From Bacteroidales bacterium (GTDB taxonomy: Bacteria > Bacteroidota > Bacteroidia > Bacteroidales > Bacteroidaceae): a stretch of 64,000 nt of DNA. The position numbers were made by a program, and so were the translations under genes. How positions within the stretch are numbered: position 1 is the stretch's first letter; every line of letters begins with the position of its first letter. The notes beneath the pieces were generated by a model. That model did no database searches, was not told the origin of the DNA, and worked only from the letters and a program-made list of their open reading frames with translations. Where the stretch lies: the NCBI GenBank assembly GCA_018064685.1, contig JAGHUS010000163.1:2666-66665 (forward strand), read 5' to 3'. Shown one piece after another: positions 52,777 through 61,664 of the stretch.

Positions 52777-54028
52777 CTTTAAGAAGACCATAGTATCAAT
52801 ACTGCTTTTGTTCGTCAGTACGATGATGTGGGCAGCCAAGGGCCCTACCGACGAACAACTCAAGTCATTATGCCGCGAAGCCGGTGCTGCACTAATAGGA
52901 TGTACTACTCCCGAAGCACAGCAAGAGGCTTTCGGCAACGTAACGAAGAAATTCGACACGACTGCAGACATCACCAAGATAACGGCTGCACAGGTGGAAC
53001 TGCTCTTCGAGAATGGTGGTATGACGCTCGACCATCTGTTGCGCCTTTGGCTCGAGCCCACCTTCCAGCAACGTGCCAAGTCCGAAACCATCTTCGCTTT
53101 CTATCTGTGGAAGTACATGCCAGAGAATGATGGCTTTATGCACGGAGAGAAGGAGACTGAAGCATTGATCAACTTCCTATCTGCCAAAGACTTGCAGAAG
53201 ACTGTAAGCGAGCAGGAAAGCATCGTCGGCGACGTGTTTGCCGCCACAGCCACCATGAAGGATGCCAACTGGCACACCAAGGGCTTTGCCGAGGGAATGC
53301 TGCGACTGGTGAAGTGCGACATCTCTGACCAGGCCGTGATGGAATGCGTTAAGGTCTTCAACTCCATTGCACGTGTCGACACCATCGATGCCACTCTGCG
53401 CGAACAGTTCCGCACCACCTGTCGCGACAAATACGCCAAGCTGGCCAGCACGCTCGACTCACAGCGTAAGATCAAGGCTTGCAACGAGCAGATCAAGTAC
53501 CTGGACGGTCCCTTTGCCTGCGGAACACTCGTGGGCAGCAAGGCACCCGAGCTGCATCTAATGCGCGTTATGAAGCAAGGCAAGGACAGCGTGGAAATCA
53601 TCCCCGCCACTTCGCTCGACGACTTCAAAGGCAAGGTCGTGATGCTCGACTTCTGGGGCACAAAGTGCGTACCCTGTCTGCATGCCTTCCCCGAACTGGC
53701 AGAGATGCAAGCACACTTCGAAGGAAAGGACGTGGTGATACTGGGTGTCACTTCCATCCAGGGGTACTTCGTCGACACGCCCAACAAGCGCACCATACAA
53801 TGCCGCAACGACAAGGAGAAGGAGATGTCGCTCTTCCCCGCCTACATGAAGGGTATGGGCATCACATGGACAATCGGCATTAGCGAGGAGGACGTGATGA
53901 ATACTGACTATGGTGCACTTGCCATCCCGCACGTCGTCATCATCGACAAGCAGGGCATCGTGCGTCATAACGCAGTGAACGGTGAGAAGGAGACAAAGAT
54001 CAAACTCATCGAGGAACTGCTGAAATAG
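52769..54028 (+). CDS. TlpA-like thiol:disulfide oxidoreductase (N-terminal helical domain + thioredoxin fold)
   Basis: ATG 52769; signal peptide; VVMLDFWGTKCVPC CxxC motif. Confidence 0.8.
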   Translation: MNYFKKTIVSILLLFVSTMMWAAKGPTDEQLKSLCREAGAALIGCTTPEAQQEAFGNVTKKFDTTADITKITAAQVELLFENGGMTLDHLLRLWLEPTFQQRAKSETIFAFYLWKYMPENDGFMHGEKETEALINFLSAKDLQKTVSEQESIVGDVFAATATMKDANWHTKGFAEGMLRLVKCDISDQAVMECVKVFNSIARVDTIDATLREQFRTTCRDKYAKLASTLDSQRKIKACNEQIKYLDGPFACGTLVGSKAPELHLMRVMKQGKDSVEIIPATSLDDFKGKVVMLDFWGTKCVPCLHAFPELAEMQAHFEGKDVVILGVTSIQGYFVDTPNKRTIQCRNDKEKEMSLFPAYMKGMGITWTIGISEEDVMNTDYGALAIPHVVIIDKQGIVRHNAVNGEKETKIKLIEELLK

Positions 54029-54072
54029 AGTGGCTTCCGGTTTCAAGGTTATCTGGATATTAACCGCAGAAC

Positions 54073-54104
54073 CGATTAAACGATTAAACGATTAAACGAA
54101 TAAA
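54073..54104. repeat. CGATTAAA x3 + CGAATAAA (8-bp period), 16 nt before the TlpA-2 start
   Basis: cgattaaacgattaaacgattaaacgaataaa. Confidence 0.85.
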
Positions 54105-54119
54105 AAAAACCGCAAAATA

Positions 54120-55481
54120 ATGAAAAAACTATTCCTTTCGCTACTGGGCGCCATCGCTCTTTCAGCTAACGCACAGAAGCCTGTCAACATCAACTTTACG
54201 GCTCATGACACTCGTATCAACGAGGTGGAGATTCAGTTTGCAGAAACCGACACCATCATCAACATGACGGCCGTGGGCGATACTGCCGCTGCCTCAAAGA
54301 CCACACAGGGCAGCGTAAGCCTTAATGTGAAGGAGCCCACCTATGGCGTCATCACCTACCGGTGGAAGAAGTCGACCGTATATCTTGAACCTGGAAAGGA
54401 CTTCAGCATGGAATGGGATCTCACCCCCGCTGCGCTCACAGTCAACGTCACTTCCAAGAAGTCGCAGATCAATCCCTACCTGTCGTGTGGCGAACTGAAG
54501 GGCCCTGTCATGGGCGACTTCGGCAAGGATCCCGAAGAGATTCTCGACATCCTCGAGGAGTATCAGACGAACTGCTACAAGATTGTCGACTCTAAGAAGC
54601 TGGACAAAACCTTCGTAGAGAAAGAGAAGCAGCGCATCCGCTACTGGATATACGGTTTCCTGGCTCAATACGCACAGCAGAAGGCTTGTGGCGACGACAT
54701 CTACGAGGTGCTGCAGGAACTCTCGTCACGCGAAGATGCATGGCTCGTGCAGATGCCCGAATACACTAACTTCCAGTACAGCGCCATCACGACTCTGGCA
54801 CTGCGCGATATCGACATCGAAAACACACCCGAGTTCCAGACCAAGGCTGTGACAACCGTGTGCGAATATGCTGCCACAAAGATCAACAACAAAGAACTCA
54901 AGGAGTATATCATCGGCACCAACGCCGTAGCACATGTAGCCAACAACGGCAACGAGGGGGCTGAGCGCTTGAAAGAGATATTCGATGCCAACATCACTGA
55001 CAAAGAGATAAAGCATGCCTTCGAGGTGGCTTGGGCCACTGGAGCAGTACTGCGCGAAGGTCGTCCTTCGCCCGAATTTAACTTCCCCGACATCAACGGC
55101 AAGAACGTCTCTCTCGCCGACCTTCGCGGCAAGTACGTCTACATCGACTGCTGGGCCACATGGTGCGTACCCTGCCGTGGCGAGCTGCCTCATCTGCAAA
55201 AACTTGAGGAGACATTCAAGGGCATGAACATCGCCTTCGTAAGCATCTCATGCGACCGCGACAAGGCCAAATGGGAAAAGATGGTGAAGGACCAGAACAT
55301 GGGCGGCATTCAGCTTTGGGGCAACGAGACGAACGAGTTCATGGAGAAGTATCGCGTGCAGAGTATTCCCCGCTTCATCTTCATCGGTCCCGACGGTCGC
55401 ATCATCAACCCCGATATGACACGCCCCTCCGACCCCAAGACCATCGAGGCACTGGGTATGGTGGCTATGCCTGTAGAATAG
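54120..55481 (+). CDS. TlpA-like thiol:disulfide oxidoreductase (second copy)
   Basis: ATG 54120; signal peptide; YVYIDCWATWCVPCR CxxC motif. Confidence 0.8.
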   Translation: MKKLFLSLLGAIALSANAQKPVNINFTAHDTRINEVEIQFAETDTIINMTAVGDTAAASKTTQGSVSLNVKEPTYGVITYRWKKSTVYLEPGKDFSMEWDLTPAALTVNVTSKKSQINPYLSCGELKGPVMGDFGKDPEEILDILEEYQTNCYKIVDSKKLDKTFVEKEKQRIRYWIYGFLAQYAQQKACGDDIYEVLQELSSREDAWLVQMPEYTNFQYSAITTLALRDIDIENTPEFQTKAVTTVCEYAATKINNKELKEYIIGTNAVAHVANNGNEGAERLKEIFDANITDKEIKHAFEVAWATGAVLREGRPSPEFNFPDINGKNVSLADLRGKYVYIDCWATWCVPCRGELPHLQKLEETFKGMNIAFVSISCDRDKAKWEKMVKDQNMGGIQLWGNETNEFMEKYRVQSIPRFIFIGPDGRIINPDMTRPSDPKTIEALGMVAMPVE

Positions 55482-55509
55482 TAATAAAGAATAAAAACAA
55501 ACAAGAAAA

Positions 55510-56892
55510 ATGAAGAAGATCATTTTATCAATACTTGCACTGATGCTTATCGGCATCACTGCCCAGGCTGCAGAGAGCAAGATTATACGTGCTCATGACA
55601 GCAACGACTACTGGCACGATTATTACTACAACGCGCAGAACCAACTTTTCTGGGAAATATATGGCACTACACGTCGTGAGTATACATACAACGAAGCTGG
55701 CCAGTTGACCTCCATGCAACAGAAAGCTTGGGTGTCTGCAACAGGCGTATATACACTCAACCAGCACGAGACGTATGAATATGATGCTAACGGCAATATG
55801 TCAAAGAAGATTATTGTGAAGAATCCAGGCAGCAGTTTCGAGGTTACATGGACATACACCTACTTTGACTACGTGAATGGCGTAGCAACCTACTATGATG
55901 AGTACAAGAACGGCAATCTTTACTATATGTATAAGCAGCTTCCTGAGTTCGATGCACAGAACCGACTGGTGAAATGTGTAGTAATGTATGCAGACCCAGA
56001 CGACTATACCAATCCCACCTACGGCAATGTAGACTACGAAAGAAAGGATCATGAGTACACGAAGACATGGGCTGAAGACGGAACACTGGCTGCCGAGAAC
56101 GATGGTAAGGTGACATACGAATACATCTACACCGAGCTTGACGCATCTTACGCTCCTACAGGACTGAAGGCTGAGAGCGACAACGAGGTCGTTACGCTCA
56201 CATGGAACGCCGTACCAGGTATAGACGAATACAATGTCATTTATGATCAGACTGTAACCTTGGTTCATGGTACATCATTCCGCACTGCGGTTGAAACGGG
56301 CGACCGTCAGTTTACCGTACAAGCTATCATCGGGGACTTTCCCCGCAATGCAGCAACGCCTGTCACTGCCACTATCGTTGACCCAGGCAAACTGCCCATC
56401 ACCAACCTTGCAGTAGGCGAAATAACCATGACCACCGAAGAAACCGAAAGTCCGAAGGCCCCAACCCGCGACTTCTTCAACATCCAACTCAAATGGACAT
56501 TGCCTGAAGGACACTCGGAAGTAGAGAAATACTATGTATATTACAACTCGACGCGCTACGGCAAGGACATACAGGTAGCCGTAAACGACAAGGATGCCAC
56601 ATCGTTCACACTCAAGATTGACCCAGACGAGGTTGCAGAATGGGACAGCGAAGGCAATCCCGTGAAGGGCGTTGAGACACCTATCTACATGACTGTAGTT
56701 TACGTTACCGGTGAGTCAGAGAAGTCAAACATCGTTACCATCAACCCTTACGACAAGTTCTACACAGGTGTTAAGAACGTCAAGGGCGAAGAGTCAGGAT
56801 CAAAGAGTTGCTACAACCTCGCTGGCCAGCTCGTCAACAATGCTCAGAAGGGCCTCGTAATCAAGAACGGCAAGAAGGTTGTAGTGAAGTAA
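55510..56892 (+). CDS. Secreted YD-repeat-like + Fn3-like protein with T9SS C-terminal sorting domain
   Basis: ATG 55510; signal peptide; YTYNEAGQLTSM, YEYDANGNMSKK; Fn3-like LTWNAVPGIDEYNV; C-terminus CYNLAGQLVNNAQKGLVIKNGKKVVVK. Confidence 0.75.
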   Translation: MKKIILSILALMLIGITAQAAESKIIRAHDSNDYWHDYYYNAQNQLFWEIYGTTRREYTYNEAGQLTSMQQKAWVSATGVYTLNQHETYEYDANGNMSKKIIVKNPGSSFEVTWTYTYFDYVNGVATYYDEYKNGNLYYMYKQLPEFDAQNRLVKCVVMYADPDDYTNPTYGNVDYERKDHEYTKTWAEDGTLAAENDGKVTYEYIYTELDASYAPTGLKAESDNEVVTLTWNAVPGIDEYNVIYDQTVTLVHGTSFRTAVETGDRQFTVQAIIGDFPRNAATPVTATIVDPGKLPITNLAVGEITMTTEETESPKAPTRDFFNIQLKWTLPEGHSEVEKYYVYYNSTRYGKDIQVAVNDKDATSFTLKIDPDEVAEWDSEGNPVKGVETPIYMTVVYVTGESEKSNIVTINPYDKFYTGVKNVKGEESGSKSCYNLAGQLVNNAQKGLVIKNGKKVVVK

Positions 56893-56958
56893 CGCAAGGC
56901 ACAAGCTTCTAATCAAGATTTGAGACAGAAAGGGGGCTAACCCCTGATCCATAAGTGT

Positions 56959-56999
56959 AAGGGCTGCAACGGAAATATGCCGTGCAGCCCTTTCTTTTA
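56959..56999 (+). terminator. Intrinsic terminator after 55510-56892
   Basis: 13-bp stem (one bulge) AAGGGCTGCA(A)CGG / CCGTGCAGCCCTT followed by TCTTTTAT. Confidence 0.65.
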
Positions 57000-57048
57000 T
57001 ACTATAGCCATCGAAGGGAGCAATCACCCCCCCTTAATGGTGATATAA

Positions 57049-59169
57049 TCAGCGTGCTACTCTTGTTCCAATAATGTTGTACAGCTGACCGTTCTTCTCG
57101 ATGACGATATTGCCGCGAGGGTCGAGGCGCTTGGTGGTGCGATGGATGTCAGAGCCTATTGGCTGAATGCCAGTGGTAGAGAGGATGTATTCCAATCCAC
57201 GCAAAGCGTTGATCTTGCCATATCCTGCACGCTCAGGCTTTGCCTCGCAGAAGGAATCGTAGTCGGATGTCTGACGGATGATGTTGCGAACATCGGCCGT
57301 GGTGAGTGTGGGATCTGCCTGCAGCCAGAGGGCTATGATGCCCGATACGGCAGGAGTAGCCATCGAGGTGCCAGACATGCATCCCCACTTACAATCAGTG
57401 CCGTTGTACGTGCTGATGCTCACAACATTGCCATCCATCATCGATTGGTGGTAGGAAGAGATGAGCATACGACCAGGAGCTACGACATCTGGACGAGCAG
57501 TACCATAAAAGGAAGTGCTGAAGCTGGAGTATTCCGACAACTCGCCAGGTTCTTCATCACTCTCTATGCCATCGTCTCCAATTTCATCGTCGATAGTGGT
57601 GAAGTAATATCGGTTGGTGTATGAACCCACCGAGATGACATTGTCGGTGCAAGCCATAGGATTCAAGCTGCCAAAGTTGTTAGGTACCGCAATGTCGGGA
57701 TCGTCTGGAACGTACGTGAATGCATTGTTCTCGACAGCGCCATCAATGTGCATTCCCTCGCTCTTTGTATACAGAGCCGCCACTATCATCATAGGTTCAG
57801 CCAAGTTTCTGCCATTAAATTCTGTTTCGTGAAGAAGGCGATTGGTGGAAGTAAGCTTGAAGGTTGGGAACAACTCTACCAAAAAGTCATTACCATAGTT
57901 CGACACACCTTTCAGCGCAATAGGTTCCTTCAGGTCCTTCACCGTCTCAGGGGTAAGCTTGTCGGTGGATGCCAACATTCTATTCTGATCGTCAACAACA
58001 ATATATTTCACAGCAAACTCCCTGTCATCATTTCCGTAGAAGAATACATTCATAACAGAACTAAACAGGCCTTCCGTTTCACGATCAAACTGAGGGTCAA
58101 AGTACATCAACTTCTGCATTGTCCAATCATCATTCACAATGGGCTGTTCGCAATCTATCTGAACCGAGAGACTCTGACCACCCTCATTTCCGGCAGCCAC
58201 ACACACTACTTTTCCCCTCATGTCGTAGTTCTTCATTAACTCTCTCAAACCCTCGCTGAAAAAGTCCGTACCGTCCAACTGTGGCGAATTGACGCCAATA
58301 CTTAAGTTCACAACAACAGGCTGATGCAGTTCGTCTGCCTTATCGAAAGCACGAGTCAGATTCAACAGAACATCAGAATCATCATACGTTCCAGTGTAAC
58401 TCAACATAAGGTCATAGGCAAGAATGTCAGCCTCAGGAGCCATGCCATAATACTGCTTGTTGGGGTCGCCCACAGCCAGCAAATCGGTGGAACCTGCAGC
58501 AATACCAGCCACATGGGCGCCATGACCCATGCGCACCTCATCATCACGTTCAAGTGATGCCTTTATGCCCTCCTCTACCTTATCATCTTTAGATACCACA
58601 AAATGCGATGGAGCCGATTCACTAACATTATAAACCAATTCCTTGATTCTGGACGTACCGTCGGCATTGCGAAAGGCAGGATGTGCGAAGTCTATCTCCG
58701 CATCGATGACACTGACCAACACACCTTTTCCACGATACTTCTCCGGAACATCTGCGCTGGCACTCTGCACTGTATTCATCGCATGTACATTATCCACCAT
58801 CGTGCTCTTGCGTGCATAGTCGTTCTTCATCCTTACGCTTCCACCTGCATGGATGGTCTTTATGCCCTCAATCTGTGCAAGAGCTTCTAGTCGGCTGATA
58901 GGCACGTTGACAAAAACTACCGTACCACGCCTCTTCACCACCTCAATGTCGAGTGCCTCAAGGGCAGAGTCAGTCACATCGGCATCCTCGCTGAGCAGGA
59001 TGGTAGCAAGAGTACGCTGTTCGGCTGCCACACGGTGCTGCTTCCTGTCAGCATTGGCATGCTTGGCAAAAAGAATCTGCGCAGAGTTAGTAAGCTTGGA
59101 TGTCTGAGCATTGACGCTGAAGACAATCAACAACGAAGCAAAAAATGCTATGATTTTTTTTGATTTCAT
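57049..59169 (-). CDS. S8 (subtilisin) family serine peptidase, probable T9SS cargo
   Basis: Track start is GTG, ATG at 59169 (MKSKKIIAFFASLLIVFSVNAQ). VSVIDAEID, HGAHVAGIAAG, GTSMATPAVSG triad motifs; C-terminus LDPRGNIVIEKNGQLYNIIGTRVAR. Confidence 0.85.
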   Translation of the reverse strand: MKSKKIIAFFASLLIVFSVNAQTSKLTNSAQILFAKHANADRKQHRVAAEQRTLATILLSEDADVTDSALEALDIEVVKRRGTVVFVNVPISRLEALAQIEGIKTIHAGGSVRMKNDYARKSTMVDNVHAMNTVQSASADVPEKYRGKGVLVSVIDAEIDFAHPAFRNADGTSRIKELVYNVSESAPSHFVVSKDDKVEEGIKASLERDDEVRMGHGAHVAGIAAGSTDLLAVGDPNKQYYGMAPEADILAYDLMLSYTGTYDDSDVLLNLTRAFDKADELHQPVVVNLSIGVNSPQLDGTDFFSEGLRELMKNYDMRGKVVCVAAGNEGGQSLSVQIDCEQPIVNDDWTMQKLMYFDPQFDRETEGLFSSVMNVFFYGNDDREFAVKYIVVDDQNRMLASTDKLTPETVKDLKEPIALKGVSNYGNDFLVELFPTFKLTSTNRLLHETEFNGRNLAEPMMIVAALYTKSEGMHIDGAVENNAFTYVPDDPDIAVPNNFGSLNPMACTDNVISVGSYTNRYYFTTIDDEIGDDGIESDEEPGELSEYSSFSTSFYGTARPDVVAPGRMLISSYHQSMMDGNVVSISTYNGTDCKWGCMSGTSMATPAVSGIIALWLQADPTLTTADVRNIIRQTSDYDSFCEAKPERAGYGKINALRGLEYILSTTGIQPIGSDIHRTTKRLDPRGNIVIEKNGQLYNIIGTRVAR

Positions 59170-59205
59170 AGTCACGGTTCCTTATTATATTTATAATGTA
59201 TAAAA

Positions 59206-60387
59206 CTATTTCCTCTCCATCACCTTACGGTTATCCTTTATGACGATGCCGTTGTAGGGCTTGCTCACAGGCATACCATCGATCGTGTAGGCTTTCGATG
59301 CATCGGGCACAGCCTTCGCGGCACTGACAGCCGTATTCGGGGTGCGCACTACCCCATCGCCATAGATGGTCTTCCAGTCGTTACGCATCGATATGGTGTG
59401 CCAACCAGCATCCGCGCAACGCTCCTTGATAGAAGCCGCCTTGGTAGGATTGCCGTTCTCACGCTCCGTATCGTCGGCCAAGACACAGAAAGCCAAGCCC
59501 TTGCGTTGCTTGTTGGCCGTGGTGTATTGGAACATTGAAAAGTCGCCTGTAGAGTTGCCGAAAGCCAGGATCGGACGAATGCCTATCTCCTGTGCGATGC
59601 TGCTCACCTTGTTCATCTTCAAGTTCTTCATCAGCAGATTGCCACGCACGATGTTGTCCGAAGCCTTGAACACATAATCCATGCCCTTCGTTTCGCCCTG
59701 CTCGGTGGCAAAGGTCTCGACATCCGAACCGATGATGTGGTTCGTCTCGAACTGCAGCACGCCGTTAGCCATCACACGCAGCAACTGTCGTTCGCTACCC
59801 GAAACGATATAGGTCTTGAAGTCGTTGGCTACCAGATAGCTCACCACCTCCACCATAGGCAGGTAGAAAGCCTCGCCCCACAGCATGCCGTTGTACCCCT
59901 CAACTTCAGTACGGCTGAAGGCGCGAACATAGTCGGCATACTCGTCGAGCGTCATACCCACGAAAACTGCATTCTGCGCCCAAGCCTCGCCCCAGTCCAT
60001 CTCGGCAGGAACAACCTTTGTCTCGACAGCCTTGAGCACCTCCTTGGCGTAGTTATAGGCTTCGGCAGATGGCTGATAGCTGCCGTCCTCGAGCACGCGA
60101 TGCAGATACAACAACCACTCGAAGTATGTCGGAGCCGTCTCGCAGATGAGCGTACCGTCCAGGTCGAAGACAGCCACACGCTCGTCAGCAGGCACGAAGT
60201 CGACACTCGCCTCGTCTGTGACGCGTACCACAAAGTCCTTGAGCGACTGCAGCACAGCCGAGTTCTCATCCCAATACACAAAATTACCGTCTCGACCCAC
60301 CCGTATCTTAGCAATCTCATCGCGCGAGATTGCGAATGTGGAAACCGATACCAACAGCATGACTGCCGCAATAATAAGCTTTTTCAT
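59206..60387 (-). CDS. Secreted HAD-superfamily hydrolase (phosphatase-like), possible T9SS-type C-terminal domain
   Basis: ATG 60387; signal peptide; VAVFDLDGTLI (DxDGT), IVSGSER, AFGNSTGD motifs; C-terminus AYTIDGMPVSKPYNGIVIKDNRKVMERK. Confidence 0.7.
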   Translation of the reverse strand: MKKLIIAAVMLLVSVSTFAISRDEIAKIRVGRDGNFVYWDENSAVLQSLKDFVVRVTDEASVDFVPADERVAVFDLDGTLICETAPTYFEWLLYLHRVLEDGSYQPSAEAYNYAKEVLKAVETKVVPAEMDWGEAWAQNAVFVGMTLDEYADYVRAFSRTEVEGYNGMLWGEAFYLPMVEVVSYLVANDFKTYIVSGSERQLLRVMANGVLQFETNHIIGSDVETFATEQGETKGMDYVFKASDNIVRGNLLMKNLKMNKVSSIAQEIGIRPILAFGNSTGDFSMFQYTTANKQRKGLAFCVLADDTERENGNPTKAASIKERCADAGWHTISMRNDWKTIYGDGVVRTPNTAVSAAKAVPDASKAYTIDGMPVSKPYNGIVIKDNRKVMERK

Positions 60388-60425
60388 ATTATCTGATTAT
60401 TTTTATTATCCTATACTTTGCAATG

Positions 60426-60510
60426 CAAAAATACAAAAAAAAACAAAAAACATAGTTTGCAAAACGAACAACTCTGCAAAACACCCTTAAAATATGTACG
60501 TTTTGCAAGG
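60426..60510 (-). promoter_or_regulatory. Conserved promoter module, copy B (upstream of secreted HAD hydrolase gene)
   Basis: On the plus strand: CAAAAATA (-7 box, 39 nt from ATG 60387) - N22 - TTTGCAAAACGAAC - N27 - ATGTACGTTTTGCAAGG. Confidence 0.55.
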
Positions 60511-60653
60511 TTTTGGCAGAGACAAGGGCATAAAGCAACCATGATAAAGAGTATTTCTTCATCAAACTTGTGCTACATTACAATATAATTGGGAGGTGAT
60601 GCAGATGACATCAATCTACATTCCGAGAAGTAAAAAGCGCTGATAGAGGCTGG

Positions 60654-61226
60654 CTATTTTTTCTCACCACTTATCACCTGCTCGATGACCTTGGGGAAAT
60701 GAGCCATCTCCAGCACATGCACCTTGTCGGCAATATCATCGGGCGTATCGTCGGGCGTGAGGGCGGTAGAGAACTGAGCGATGCGTTCGCCAGCATCCAG
60801 TTCGGTATTGACAAAGTGTATGGTTATACCCGTCTCACTCTCGCCAGCAGCCTTTACCGCTTCATGCACATGATGCCCCCACATGCCCTTGCCGCCATAC
60901 TTGGGCAGAAGCGCAGGATGAATGTTGATGATGCGGTTGGGATAAAGTGTGATGAGGTATTCGGGCACCTTAGGCAGGAATCCGGCTAGGATGATATAGT
61001 CACATCCCTTAACAGTGTCGAGCACAAGCTGACGATCCTCGTTCAACTGCTGACGTGTGATGACCGTCGTGGGGATACCCAGATTCTCGGCACGCACTAT
61101 GGCATAAGCATCGCTTTTGTTGCTTACCACGATAGACACTTCCACCTCCTTGCTACCCTGGAAGTAACGAATGATATTCTCACAGTTAGTGCCGCCACCC
61201 GACACAAAGATTGCTAACTTTGTCAT
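60654..61226 (-). CDS. purN: Phosphoribosylglycinamide formyltransferase
   Basis: ATG 61226; IFVSGGGTNCENI, NIHPALLPKYGGKGMWGHHVHEAV motifs. Confidence 0.9.
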   Translation of the reverse strand: MTKLAIFVSGGGTNCENIIRYFQGSKEVEVSIVVSNKSDAYAIVRAENLGIPTTVITRQQLNEDRQLVLDTVKGCDYIILAGFLPKVPEYLITLYPNRIINIHPALLPKYGGKGMWGHHVHEAVKAAGESETGITIHFVNTELDAGERIAQFSTALTPDDTPDDIADKVHVLEMAHFPKVIEQVISGEKK

Positions 61227-61571
61227 GTTCCTTATTTATCTAACGAGCGACAAAGGTATTACATATCTTCAAGATAAGCAAGCAATTCGGCTACAAATTT
61301 GCATTTTCAACAACAATATGTCGCACATTCCCATTTCTCACCTTACTTTTGTCATTGTTTTCATGCAAAATGCAAACTATTAGCAGAACAACCAAGAGGG
61401 AAATGATTCGTTCTTGTAGCAATAACGAGTTACTTCTGCACTGAGTTTTTCAGAAACACGTTACACAGAAAGATGCTACACAAACTACAAATATCACACG
61501 AGAAGAAGCTAAATACGGAATATTTTCAATAAAATCAAAGATTATCTTGCCGATAATTGAAGTTTTATTCG

Positions 61572-61579
61572 TACATTTG
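61572..61579 (+). promoter_or_regulatory. -7 box TACATTTG upstream of rhodanese-MBL gene
   Basis: Exact TAnnTTTG, 86 nt before ATG 61665. Confidence 0.35.
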
Positions 61580-61664
61580 CACAATTCATTAAAATGCAGA
61601 ATGATTGTAATTTAGAATATTTCGGTCAGACACCAATCAACAACAAAATAGTTAACAGGATATT

